Source of the DNA: Takakia lepidozioides
Taxonomy: Eukaryota > Plantae > Bryophyta
Direction of reading: 5' to 3'
NCBI GenBank assembly: GCA_030704615.1
Contig: CM060732.1
Span: forward strand, 16,120,001-16,184,000
DNA: 64,000 nucleotides
A model generated the notes under the pieces. That model was given only the letters and a program-made list of their open reading frames with translations. It had not been told where the DNA came from and ran no database searches. Below, piece by piece: positions 26,701-38,856 of this stretch. Position numbers and translations under genes: made by a program. How positions within the stretch are numbered: position 1 is the first letter of the stretch; every line of letters starts with the position of its first letter.

Positions 26701-27242
26701 GAAAGGAGGACTGGATGAGGAGCAGGAAGCTACCCTATTTGCTGCACACCCAGAGTGGGAGAAGGTTGCAGAAATGCGGCTGGAAAGCCTAAGTTGTTTG
26801 AGAGGTATCTGCTGTGGTGTAGTGACAGCAACACCAACTGAAGAGGAAACCAGCATTTACCCATCACATTTCTATGAAGAAAGAGAAGGAGAAATAGAAA
26901 TCCTAGAAGAACCAGCCACTGTGAGCTTACAGGATGAAGTGGTGACTGGTTGGACAATCACAGCTGATGAGCAGGTGAGGGAAGTAAATGTGGGAACTAA
27001 AGAGGAACCGAGGATGGTGAAAGTAGGAGCTGATTTGGAGCCGAAATTCTTCGAAGAAGCTAAAAGCTTGTTCATCAAATATAGAGATGTATTTGCTTGG
27101 AGCTATGAGGATCTAAAAGGGATACCACCTGAAGTCTGTCAGCATAAGATTGAACTGGAACCAGGGTCAGTACCAATCAAGCATGCGAGGTATAGAATGA
27201 ATCCCAACTACGCACAGAAGGTTGGAGAAGAGATACTTAGAT

Positions 27243-27382
27243 AGTCGTTTATATGACTACAGTCGTATGAACGACTGCGGGAAGTCAATTTCATATAAAA
27301 ACATGGTGCAGTCATGGTCAAAGTCAAGAAAACCATGACTACCACGGTTTGGCAGTCATAATTACCACGATCTGTTGTAGTG
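27243..27382 (-). mobile_element. CACTA-like terminus with GACT/AGTC subterminal repeats
   Basis: Ends TGTTGTAGTG (reverse complement CACTACAACA) at 27382; abuts the truncated Gypsy. Confidence 0.5.
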
Positions 27383-28099
27383 CAAGCACAGTAGGAAATA
27401 TCATCGCTTTGGAGTTCATATGTTGTCTCGTTCCTGCACTTCAATATCATGGCATTCCATTTGTTGAAGAACGTTCAATGAGTGCCACTTAGTTAGTCTT
27501 GACCTGAAGAGATCAAGTTATCATCTACTGATGCTTTGGTCAGGACTAATGTATTTCTCAATACATGACAGGCAAGGGAGTTATCTCTGGAAATATTCAA
27601 CTCTACTAATTGTATGAGGTAAGTAAACTACTTGTAATCTTACTTGCTTCTTGGATCATAATTTCCTCCACTAGGCATTGGTATAGTATATAATCTACTG
27701 GTCTTAATATCAGTAACAAGTTAGTCCATCAATCAGGGATCAAATCAGATTACTCTATGTGATCTCTATGCCTCTATAGTAAATTAGTTGATATAATACT
27801 AGTCTAGTAATTGTTAAATCCATTTGTCTATGCTGGAAACCACTTGCATATGATCTGATGGTGTTACATATTCTAAGTACAAACAGCCCTCATCCTTAGT
27901 GTTAGTGAAGAAATAGATCCTAATTCTATGATCAATCTAGTACATAGTGAAAGAAATAAGTAACAAAGCTTTCTCCCGTGATCATGAGATTCAAATGCAT
28001 AAATCGAAATCAGCACTATATATTTCAGCTGAACAGTCCTGATACACCAGCCTACTCGCTGGTTATGAAATGGAGGGACAGGGTAAGACAAAGCGTCAA

Positions 28100-28642
28100 A
28101 AGACGACATCTTTCACACCAAATACAGGACCACAACCCTTTGTGCATCAACTCGGCCCACATCACATCTTCCCCTTTCAGAGCCCTGATGATTTCTTCCA
28201 CGAAAGTTTTGCTGAGATACATTTGATTGTGCTTCATGTTAAACACAACATTAAGCACTTGACCCACCTCTCTCAGACCTGAATACTTTGCATTTGTGCA
28301 TGTGTATTCCTGAGTAGCAGAAAAAACTCCCTTCTCAAACAGGTCTGAAATCTGCAACTCCTCCAGTCCTTCTCTATCAGGTTGTTTCCCTACTGGCAAC
28401 TCAAAAACTTCCTGCAGCCTCTCTGAAGTGAGTCGTATAACCACGCCCTTAACTGTCGTAGTGTCTGTCATGGAATCAAAATTGCTAACAAACTCAATCA
28501 TTAACTCTCTGTGATGCAAAGTCCAGTCTTTGTGCAAAAGATCCTTCAAACCTAATTTCTTCAACAAAGCAACCGCTTCCAGGGTGGCCATACTCTTCTT
28601 GTGTAGCACTACACCGCTCTTCACCTTCATGTCCTCCATCAC
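28100..28642 (-). pseudogene. Plant transposon accessory protein fragment
   Basis: HRELMIEFVSNF...VKGVVIRLTSERLQEVFELP...ALKGEDVMWAELM resembles plant TE accessory ORFs. Confidence 0.6.
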
Positions 28643-29603
28643 TCACTTCATTTCAAGTAAACAGGGTGGGCTTGATTGGAATAATTGCAAGAAACTCTGC
28701 AGCGCACAAAGAATGAAAGTATGATTAACACACAAAGGCAAGGGCAACGCCTTGTAAGCTCCCGGCGCTTGCAAACAACGCGTAAGTGAGAAACCCCGTC
28801 TTTCCCGTTCATCATGGCGCCACTGTGTGAGCAACAAAGCGACTGTGTAGTCCGTAACGCCTGCCATAGCTGCTAAGCTATAGCCTTTATTGCTCATACT
28901 ACGTGTGCTGCAGTTATCCGGAATAACCCCTACTCTGCCGCTCATAACATGTTTGAGTTCTTGTTCTTGTTTCTTGAATGGAGTCCCTTGCACAAAATTC
29001 ACATTGCTGATTGGTCGTTGCCTCATTAGGTAATTTTTTATTTTTACCCTATTTTGTTCACATTCCATCTTGGAATGATCACTAGGACTGCATATGTGGC
29101 AAAGGTTCCCTTTTGCTGGACGCATAAAGTGTTCCGTTTCCAGCAACTAGCTTCACCCCGGAGTGTTCCTTTTGTGAGAGAGACATCTGTCCCTGTAGAC
29201 AACAGAAGAGAACATTGAGAACAAGCTTTGAAGCGATAGGGATATGCATATAACGTGTACAAATTCATGCATATCGCAGGCAGTCGTGACATTAGAAGAG
29301 AGCTCAGACGGTTGGCAGTCGGACGGTTCGCACGATGAAAAAAAGGGCATGCCTTTGCGTTTCCCATACATTCCAAGCGAATATGCATACCCAAATACTC
29401 TTGAAGATTCACCATTCAAAAAACAGAATAGAATCCAAGAGAGTGTTGGAACAGAGTCAACAAAATCCAGCCATGATAAAGGGTGATATACTACATCTAC
29501 AGTATGTCTCCGCAAGCATGCTAAAAGCCATGAACTACTGTCTCGCCTTTTTCTCACTGCCAGCAATGTTTATGCCCGGGCGAACCATACTTTTAACCCC
29601 TCC

Positions 29604-29870
29604 TCAGGTTCTTCTCTGGACAAAGAGTGTTCCTACCGAGGATTGGTCCAACTCGGTTTGCGGTGGGTCGTCTTCCTCATTAGGATGAGGCAAGGCACAA
29701 TGTGAAACATAGACATACTGGACCCCAACACGGTACATGCCTTCGGGAATAACTCGACAATGATATGTGTCTTTTCCAGGCACACCAGTGACAACTCCAG
29801 TGCCGGCCCTCTGTTGTGGTGATGAAGGATCATATAGGTGGACTTTGTCCTTCAACTTAAACTGCACCCA
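29604..29870 (-). pseudogene. Tnp1/En-Spm-like (CACTA TnpA-type) C-terminal domain fragment
   Basis: VHLYD...AGTGVVTG...YHCRVIPEGMYRVGV..V....ALPHP. Confidence 0.55.
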
Positions 29871-30142
29871 ACACCCACCACAAAATGCATATGAATCAAC
29901 CCATGAAGACATACATGTACTCGTGGTATTGAAAACTAGAGAATGAGGAACGTCAACTACAATTAAAAATTAAAAGAGTACAGTACTTGTGGTAGCATAA
30001 GTGGATCTGTGACAGTGGTAGGGGGTTGAATTTTGGGGGTTGGCTTTGATGCAGGTGCAATTGGTGCACTGCATGTGGAAGGTGTAGAGCAGATAAACGG
30101 GCAAAAACTAGAGAACCTATCATTGATTACTCCAAATCTATA

Positions 30143-30395
30143 GTGATGACTTCCGAGGATTATGTGGCGGCATTGGACGAGAAAATTAGACGTAAAGAAC
30201 AAGCAGACAAAGAAAGAGATGAGAAAAAAAAGCAAAGGGAGCAAAGAAGGGCTAAAGCTACAACAGAAAAAGAAGCTCTCAAACTTGCACAAGAACAGAG
30301 AGCGAAGGAGAAGGTGGCCAAAAAAACATTTGACAAATTCTGGTCAGCAAAAAATGTGAGGGAAGTGGGAGACAAGCTCCATGCTGCAATTAGAG
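30143..30395 (+). pseudogene. Transposase-like charged coiled-coil tail fragment
   Basis: MTSEDYVAALDEKIRRKEQADKERDEKKK resembles pogo/DDE_1 C-terminal tails; cut by the terminus at about 30394. Confidence 0.4.
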
Positions 30396-30644
30396 GGGAG
30401 GTGCTATTCCGTGAGCCCGGAGGCGTGAGCCTGTGAGCCCAGGAGCCCATGAGCCCAGCACAGGCTCACGCCACGTCAGCATGCATACAGGGTCTATTTC
30501 CGCGGGAGTCACATATTACCGCAGGTTGATCAGCCCTTTCCAGGGAATGCAGACTGGATGTGTTACATCCATTGTATCTATCCATTGCATCCATTTAGAC
30601 GTTATTAACATACCAAGCCCTTGCATTGGAATGTGGCTACGTCG

Positions 30645-30815
30645 TGAGCAGGTGCACACTCACATCATCCAAAGCGGATCCCTGCGAAATGTTTTCTTAC
30701 TCACCACCCTTGCAAACATGTATGGTATGTGCGGGAGCATCACGGATGCTCACTAGAAGAATGCCTGAACGATCTTTGATCATGTGGACTTTAACGCGAT
30801 GGATTTACCAAGCAT
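30645..30815 (+). pseudogene. PLS-class PPR fragment
   Basis: EQVHTHIIQSG...TLANMYGMCGSITDAH; nucleotide match to 56905-57080. Confidence 0.8.
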
Positions 30816-31796
30816 TCTTCTGGCAGGAATGGTCTGGAGACCAACGAGCAAATGATGCGAGAATGCACTGCCCAAACCAAAAACGTTTGTTTGTTTATGC
30901 AATGCACACAAGCCTGTGAGCTCCGGAAAACACCAAAGAGATTGAAGGACCAATCTGGGCACTCCATGCAACCCCAATCTCGAACGACAGTTTGTTCCCA
31001 GAATTTGCATCCCACGCACACATTGCAAACATGACAACAATGACACAAACCCATCCCATTTCAAAATTGGCCCCGAATAAAAGTAAAAAAAAACTTGATA
31101 TCAAGTGTCACAGTCATCAGAATGAGAATCGACCTCATGTGCTATGTCATCCACAAAGATTCCGGCCCCAACACCACGTCTTCTACCACGGCCGTCGATG
31201 GTTGGACTGCGAGTGCCATGAACGGACATACTGCCTGCGAGTGCCTCCGCATAGACGGGTAGCATGTAAGACTGAGGAGGACTTGAAAGAAGTCCAAAAA
31301 GGTGTGACAGCCCTGGAGGGTCAGTGGAAGCACACGGACTCCTGCACAAGTCGACAAAAACCCATTTTGAATACAGTGATGCAATGCACAAGTCCAACGA
31401 AGAGGATGTCTCCCATGTGCACTTTGCCTTAAGAACAGTGATTCTGGGTATTGAAACAAGAATGCAAGCATCCACAGGTTGAACTTACTCACAGGCAAAG
31501 TCGGAGTCCAGCTCCTTGTCGGACGTCTCCCCTTAATCAATATCACCGGGAAATGGCTTCAGAAGGACTTGAGAAGTGTGTCCACCCAAACCCATCAAGA
31601 GGTTCTTGTAAATCTCGGCATCCCCTTCAATCCCGAAGAGATGTTGCGCACTGGCCTTGCAAGCGTGGTACGAAGCACCTGCAATGGAATAGAAGGAAGG
31701 AAACAGACATTGAAGACTCATTTGGAACGGTGGGAAGTGCTGAAAGTGCAAGCTCAAACAAACCCGATCAAATGTGAATGCTGAAGAGACGAACTT

Positions 31797-34500
31797 GTGC
31801 CCATTGACAAATCCAGAACTCTGGTGTCGGTGTAGGTGCAGCACTCCACAATCGTTTGAATGAAAGTCGGGCTCCTCTCCCTGGCCCCTCTCCAAGGAAC
31901 CCCATTCCCCCTTCGCAAGCACACGTTGTTGTCCACGTAGTTGTGGTGCATGTCATCCGTGGGAGGATCTGTCCTCTCGTCTATGAACTTTCCCCCATGA
32001 GTGATGGCGAACTCCCTAATGACGGCTGGAGTCGTAGGTGGATGCACCTGGACGAGACAAACAGCTTCAAACAGACGAGTCTGCGAACAAGACATCCACA
32101 AGGAACTAAGAAGCTTGAAAACCAGGCCTCTACATATTCATTTGAGCGACTTATGCAACTCTATCCGATAACCACCAAGAAGAGGAAAAAGAAGGCAGAT
32201 GTACCATCTCTCTCGGACGATCCCTCTTCGTCAAGTACATGTTGTTCACATAATTCCATGTCTTCACGACCCTCATACCGGAGGCTTTCAAATAGCTGGC
32301 AAGTGCACGGCGACAGCGAAGGTCGATGGATTGGATGAGCACCAAAACACCTGCATCGGACAAAAAGAAATTGCAAAACGAGAAAACCCATCGCCAGTAG
32401 CGCTCATCAAAAGCATTCCAACCTGGACAAGCACCCGCTGGAGGGACATCCGAAACTGGCAACCCATCAAGGATGTCCAAGATAATGAGTTCGGCTACAT
32501 ACGGCTTCTCCTTCCCGTTCACCCAGGATCTGGTCATTTTAGCCTGCAAACAAGCATGCAATGAAATGCTCAAGATGATTGAAACGAGCCATGCCCACAA
32601 CACACAAGAAGCAAAAGACAACACGCATCGTGCTGAGGAACTCCGCAATCCTCTCCCACACTGGTGATGGATCGCCCTTGTAATCAGATTTCTTGGACTC
32701 CAGCATGGCAAGGAACCCGACGTTGGCCATCTCCAAACTGGTAGGGCGAATGATCCTCGTGGGATGCTCCACTGCATGGTACAGGTCCTTAGGATCAACC
32801 ACCCCCTTGTTCTTTCTCCCGGATCCCCTACCATGCGGTGGAGTCTCTTTGGTCTGCTAGACATCCGCCGCAAGGCCAGTTTCTGCAACACTTCCCTGCC
32901 CAACAACCTGCCCTTGCGCTCCCTTCCCCCTACCCCTTCCTTTCCCCACACCAACAGCAACATCATTTCCCTTTGCCTTTCTACCTTTACCCGGGGTATC
33001 TTGAGCGGGAGGCTCCTTCTCTGCAAGTGTCCTCAAATTTCTATCATGAATCTCGAGGTCGGCAGCCGCGGCGGTGGATGCTACACGCTCATTCTCTCTT
33101 GTCAAAGACACCTCCTGCGTCGGGGTCTCAGAAACAGGGCAATCCAAATACCAACCACAGGCAGAAAGATGGTCTGGGCCCTAGTCCTGCAAGATCCCCG
33201 CAGTAAACATGCTCTGGTTGCCAGCAGGAACTAGCCACAGGTCCACGAAATCAGGATGTTTGTCCAAGCAGTTCTCTGCCATGAGAACATACTTTATATA
33301 CCTGCAGGCACAGAGACAGCCTCAATATGCAATGCAACTATTGTCTCCCAGCTTTTCTACCACATCACGAAGACCCCCTAAAAGACTATGCGGCACCGCA
33401 CACTGCAACCACCGCACACAAAATAGCCTGAAGAGCCCAGGGTGCGCACGTTGGTGTTACTACACACGGATAGAGCAAATGAGTGTGCGGCACCGCACAC
33501 TCATATGAGCCAGCACAAAACAGGTTGGATGGAGGAGAGTGTGTCTTTTCAAATCAAAGAAGCATAGTCTATTTTGCACCTGTAAAGGCATCGTTTCCAA
33601 GCTTCCTCTCCTTTCTCTTGCCGGTCAAGCTCATTTGTTCGACTGATGCCACCCTCCTTGTTGAACTCCCTGAAGAAACAAGATTGTCACACTGTGGCTC
33701 TCCATTTCCGCATGTATGCTTGGAAGGAGACCTTCGGTGCTGTCATGGTGATGCCATAGTCAGCCAACTGCGTATGTAGAACAAACTGGGTCATTTCCTC
33801 CAACTGCAAAACAATTTGAATGCAAGAATGAACCAAAAATCAATCACAGCCATTGTAACATGGAATGAGAACGACAGAAAAGTGAAATGAAAGCGACATA
33901 GGAAAAGACACCATACCTGGCTCCAGTAAGTGGCCTTGTGAAGCCATGTGTCCATCATATTGTCACTGACAGGAATGACATGCTGGGTCTTCTTCTCTTT
34001 CTCCGGCCTGGGGAACATGTGGGTATCCCTAACAGTGGGATGGGAGTTCCATATCTGTAGCCACTTCACCTTCTGTTCTGAAGACACAACGGCGGTAGAC
34101 AACCTGTGCAACTTCTCCTGGGCCATCTCCGGCTTGCCCGGCTTGTTGAAATGGTTTTTCACCTCTTGAAGAAACTGTGGTCCGAAGGATGGGTCAGCAA
34201 TTCTCAACTGCTTCACAAAAGCACTCATAATATTCTTTCTTGTGGCGGTCAACTCTTGCTTGATGTGACTCTCAACCCTCTTTGCTAGTCGACACGGATT
34301 TCCCAAACGGTTGTTGTGGTCGAACTCGGCACAGACTTCCAAAAGGGTTGCTGTGGGAAGTCGGCACAAACTTCCCACCGGGTTGTTGTGGGAAGTTGCC
34401 ACCGACTTCCCAACGGGTTGCTATGAGAAGTCTATGCCGACTCCCCAGTTTGTCAAAGTGTTCCCTAATATTCTGTTTGCTCTTCCTGCCCATGTGCATC
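31797..34500 (-). pseudogene. Multi-exon TE gene ending in a beta-class amino-methyltransferase-like domain (copy B)
   Basis: ELIILDILDG (motif IV position)...FLSDAGVLVL; intron 32204-32081; GVPWRGARERSPTFIQTIVECCTYTDTRVLDLSMGT; homologous to 17056-17812 with the same intron position; stops in upstream exons. Confidence 0.65.
34295..34446. repeat. About 34-bp hairpin tandem repeat (GACTTCCCA...TGGGAAGTC), 4-5 copies
   Basis: Units at about 34333, 34368 and 34403 plus degenerate flanking copies. Confidence 0.7.
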
Positions 34501-35344
34501 CCCGTAGGTGCCGCGTTCCGGGTCCCGTCATCCCGTGTAATTTTCCACGGTTCTAGAAACCCAACCTATTACCGTGGGTACGTTCACGTGGCTGTAACCA
34601 CGGTTTCCTGCCTGCAAATCGTTGCCGATGGTAGGACACCCATCCGTCACAGATTAACAACTGCCTTGCATGTGATCACGCATGCTGCAAAACACCCAGC
34701 ATAGCCTTCACAGAATTTCCCTTGAAAGATGGGCCTTGCCTGTGAAGAGCAGTCACCCTCTTGTATTCATGGCACCCCCGTCGCGGAAGTGCCAACGACG
34801 CCGAACCTGTCTTGCTTGCCGAACCTCCAGTTTGTGTTTTATTCTTAGCGGTTTTGGGCACATAAACACCCCCGAGATAGAGTTTTTTCGAGTAAATATT
34901 CTCGAAAATCCATTTTTCGTCCATTTTTCGGCCTCTGCTCATGTTTTTAGGTGCTCACTACTCATAGGAAACCCACCCCCCCCCCCGCGCCCCCCCCCCC
35001 AAGAAAACCACATATGATAAACTAGAAATGAAATGACAAACCATTCGCATCCATTCGATGTCTTCAAGCAAGAATCCACTTCTTAAAAGCAGAAGTCCAC
35101 GCGACGCGTCTCCTTGAAATGGATTGAAAACATAGTAGAAATGGTATGCTTCGAAACACACCGTTTGTGCCCCATCCAAAAGGTTTTTTTGAGGTCTCTT
35201 CAGACAACAACATAAAGCAAAGAGGGTACTTGAAAGGGATTGCATACATAGCAGAAATGGTGTGCTTTGAAGCACACCGTTTCCGCCCCACCCAAAAGGC
35301 TCCTTTTGGGGTCACTTATAGAGGGCCCACCCCTGAAAGGAGGC

Positions 35345-35675
35345 AGTAGCCGCACACTGTTTTGGGGTCCCGCATTCGGTGTTTTTCAGTGGGCAGAAAG
35401 GGTGTGCGGCGCCGCACACTGTTTTGGGATCTCAATTTCGGTGTTTTTCAGTGGGCAGAAAGAGTGTGCGGCGCCGTACATTTTTTATTTTATTTATTTT
35501 TGGTTCCTGGTTGGTTGGACCCCAAAATAGTGTGCGGCGCCGCACACTGTTTTGGGGTCATGAATTCGGTGTTTTTATAATGGGCAGAAAGGGTGTGCGG
35601 TGCCGCACACTGTTTGGGGTCCGAATTCGGTGTTTTTCTAATGGGCAGAAAATGTGTGCGGCGCCGCACACTGTT
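35345..35675. repeat. Palindrome array 2: GTGTG-CGGCGCCG-CACAC x6, period 61-66 bp
   Basis: Starts at 35402, 35464, 35530, 35593, 35654 plus a half unit at 35350; two more at about 33386 and 33483. Confidence 0.9.
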
Positions 35676-36514
35676 TTCCAACCAACCAGGGGAAAAATAA
35701 ATAAATAAATAAAAATAAAAAATGATCTGTGGTCTGTGGTTTTCATAGTGACTAGTGGTGCAGCCCTCCTTGTTCATACATCCTCCCCGACTACGCTGAG
35801 GCCATTGCTCGTCAGCAGTGTCTCATGCTGTCTCCCCCAACTGCCTATTGGTCTGCTTGGAAGTCGAACAGGCACGTCGGAGCAAGGGTTTTGGTGGATG
35901 ATAGTCCAAGTTTCGGGGGATAACAGTAGTTCCGCCAGTGCAGACAATACATCCGCATGTGACTGAAATGCAAACTTTATAATGTTGTTGCCATTGGACA
36001 CATACTTCTTGGTTTATCAAAATTCAAATATCGGTTCTCTTGTTTTTCCGCTTCTTAAATATGAAAACAGCAGCAGGTTCAATCTGGGGTTTGCATTTTT
36101 TGATTGGGGCGAATGTCTCACATTTTCCATTATCATTCATCCGCAAGATTTCATGCATATTCATCCATATTCTGAGCGTGTCATCCACATTGATTCTCCT
36201 TCATCCTCATTAATTTATCCACAACCATTCTTCTATATTCGGTCTCAAACACAATCATTCAGCAACATTCATTCGAACCCTTTGTTCTGCACTTCTTCTC
36301 ATCGCCCAAATATGGTTCCCTATGTGCCGAATGTTCAAGTCCGCGGCTATAGGGCCCCTTCACGCTGTTCTGTCCGCGGTTATAGGTCCGTGCCTATGAG
36401 AATGATGTGGCGTGAACTGCGCTGGCGAGAACCAACGTGGCGGGAACTGCTGAGTGGCGTGAGCCTGGCTGCGCTCACACGCTCATGCGGCCAGGCTCAC
36501 GCGGAGGTTTTCCC

Positions 36515-36722
36515 CGTTTGCAGTGCGTCTGGCAGCCCTGGAAAAGGGCAAAGAAATCCCTGGTGACATCATCAAATCTGCAATCGTACCAGATGTCATC
36601 CTGAACATTGCTCTGGTGGCCATGTATGCTAAATGTGGGAGCATTGAGGATGCCAAGGGAGTGTTCAACACTATGGTTGAACGAGAGGTGGTGTCGTGGA
36701 ATGCGATGCTTGCAGGGTGTGC
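36515..36722 (+). pseudogene. PLS-class PPR fragment
   Basis: LEKGKEI.GDIIKS..VPDVILNIALVAMYAKCGSIEDAKGVFNTMVEREVVSWNAMLAG; matches 58560-58730. Confidence 0.85.
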
Positions 36723-38856
36723 GAGATTTACTATTTCATGAGCAGAAACCATGAGCCATGAGCCGCATGAGCCGCATGAGCGGTGAGCTGAAGTCTAAGA
36801 CACGCGGATTTCATGAGCGGACTCCTCCAAATTTGGAAATGCGGCAGATTAAACAAGTATTAAAATAATATTTTTTATTTGACCTTGCCGTTTTTGGAAG
36901 TTCCACATCCTGTAATGCGGCAAAGATATGTCGTCAATAACAAATCCGCTCATGGTTTTTTAGATCCGCTCATGGAAATGAGTGACCGTGCAACGAGAAA
37001 TCCAGTATACCACGGCAAAAGGACGTCATATACTGGCATGTATAGAGTATTTCGCGGTTTTACATGCCTTAACATTGGAATGAAGGTGACCCTTTTGCCG
37101 CGATTGAACCAATAGAGTCTGCACCAATAGAATCTGCAGTACTTCACAATTCTGTCATCTTCGGGTATTCGGCGGGAAAGGTTTGGGACTCAACTGGGAA
37201 ATGCGGTGCCGCATTAGGGTTCGCACGTGCGAAATGACTGGGCGGTTTGGTGTTGGCGAAGGCCGCATCTACCAATACCTACGACGTTACTTGGAAATGC
37301 GGCGCCGCAAAGTTTGGGAGAGCAGAAAAACAGGTTCCCTCCAACACACAAAAATACATGCACGTGGAAACACAAGTGAATGACATAGTATTATCTTAGT
37401 TCGAGCAAAACAAGTTACTGTAGGCAAGACATAAGTCGGACCTTTCTGTGGCCAAAGTCAAAGTTACTTGCAGCAGTACAGTTCTACTATCCGAAAAGGA
37501 TGGGCGTACCATTGTGTTGGGACCGCAAGCCAAGCTCACTGGTCCCCTGGATCCATATTCAGAAGAGTGTGCACCTCTTGGGGGCTCAACCCTGGTGCAT
37601 GTATGAAGTGATGAGTTGTGGAATTACACCGGAGTCTCTTTAGGTACACGTAGTACAGATGCTTGCAAGGGCAGTATGATGCCCCCTTGTTCGCCATGAT
37701 CTGGAAGTCGGTGCAATTGCAGGTGGGTAATTCTGAAATGGTGATGGTGTACACCTCATTGCGAACAGTTGAGCCTGCCGTGGCCCATCTGATACACACG
37801 CCCGAAGCCTGGTGGGGGCACTTCTGTCGAGCTCTGGATTGTACAGTTCATCCGAAGTGCATTCCCCATCTTTGTCTCGTTCACTTTTGAGGGAGGTCGC
37901 CGCCTCTTCGGTTTCCCCCAACGGTGTGTAGAATGCTTAGAGCTGTCACGTCCCATTGTTCTTGCTCTCACAGGGGTCGGTGGTGGAGGCTGTGGAAGCG
38001 GAAATGGTTGTCTGGGGACGTCAGTGTGCTGCACCATCCAAAATCCTGCAGCAGTAAGGGCGTCGGCCTTGTCGTGCGCATACATATCGCTACACAACTA
38101 CATCGCTGTCCAAACCACACCACACATATATGCACAATAAAGTAGTCTGCCACAATGATAAACAAGCTAAAAAGGACACACACTCCCAAACAAGAAATAT
38201 AAAATCCATCGCTATCACTCATTGAAACAGAAGTCGAGCCAGGGGCACCCCAAGCTATGGGGACTCCACCCCACAACAACCTGTATCCCTACATAAGCAC
38301 ACTCAAACCTAAACACATGCAGGAGCTCGATCGCGCAGACTCAACTCGAGAGAGATGAGCCGCGCGACTGCCGCTCTCGTGAAGATAAGACGGACCAGGT
38401 GTCAAACTAAACTTGACACCTGATTTAACACTTGACCTAAATCCAAGTGTTAAATACAATAACTAGTTTTATTCTAGCTGTTTTCACACTGTGCTTATTT
38501 AACTTGATAGCTGTCGTGCGCATACATATCGCTACACAACTACATCGCTGTCCAAACCACACCACACATATATGCACAATAAAGTAGTCTGCCACAATCG
38601 CCCCCCTAGCTGGTGGATAGGTCCCTCTACCTCCAGATAGCTACAAGATGTAATAGTCACAGCCGTACTAAGTCCTCTATCACTGTCCCTATTGTACTCA
38701 AACTCTATAGACCAAGGGGCCGGGTTCAAGAGTAGCCCCATCGTTAGTCGCCGTCTTGCAATCTGTGAACTTGAGCCAGGATCTCGTGTGTTCAAGGTCT
38801 CCTAGTAGCTGGGCCTTGCGTTGCTTGTTAGCCTTCCATGGTTGTATCCACTCCCA

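Larger units (their letters stand above)
22144..27240 (+). mobile_element. Non-chromovirus Ty3/Gypsy (Tat/Ogre-like) element, 3'-truncated: LTR 22144-23146, PBS 23149, extra ORF, gag, protease
   Basis: TG...CA LTR; PBS TGGCGACCATACGGGGA (tRNA-Arg-like); gag YSGKGDPDVH...LFPCSL...EWY; three CCHC knuckles; protease LIDGGSG; ends just before RT; in-frame stop at 24817 and frameshift near 25100. Confidence 0.9.

Noticed and set aside
525-27382. One giant CACTA element enclosing RPS25
   Set aside because: Termini match only over about 8 bp and the 3-bp flanks differ (CAC vs CAA)
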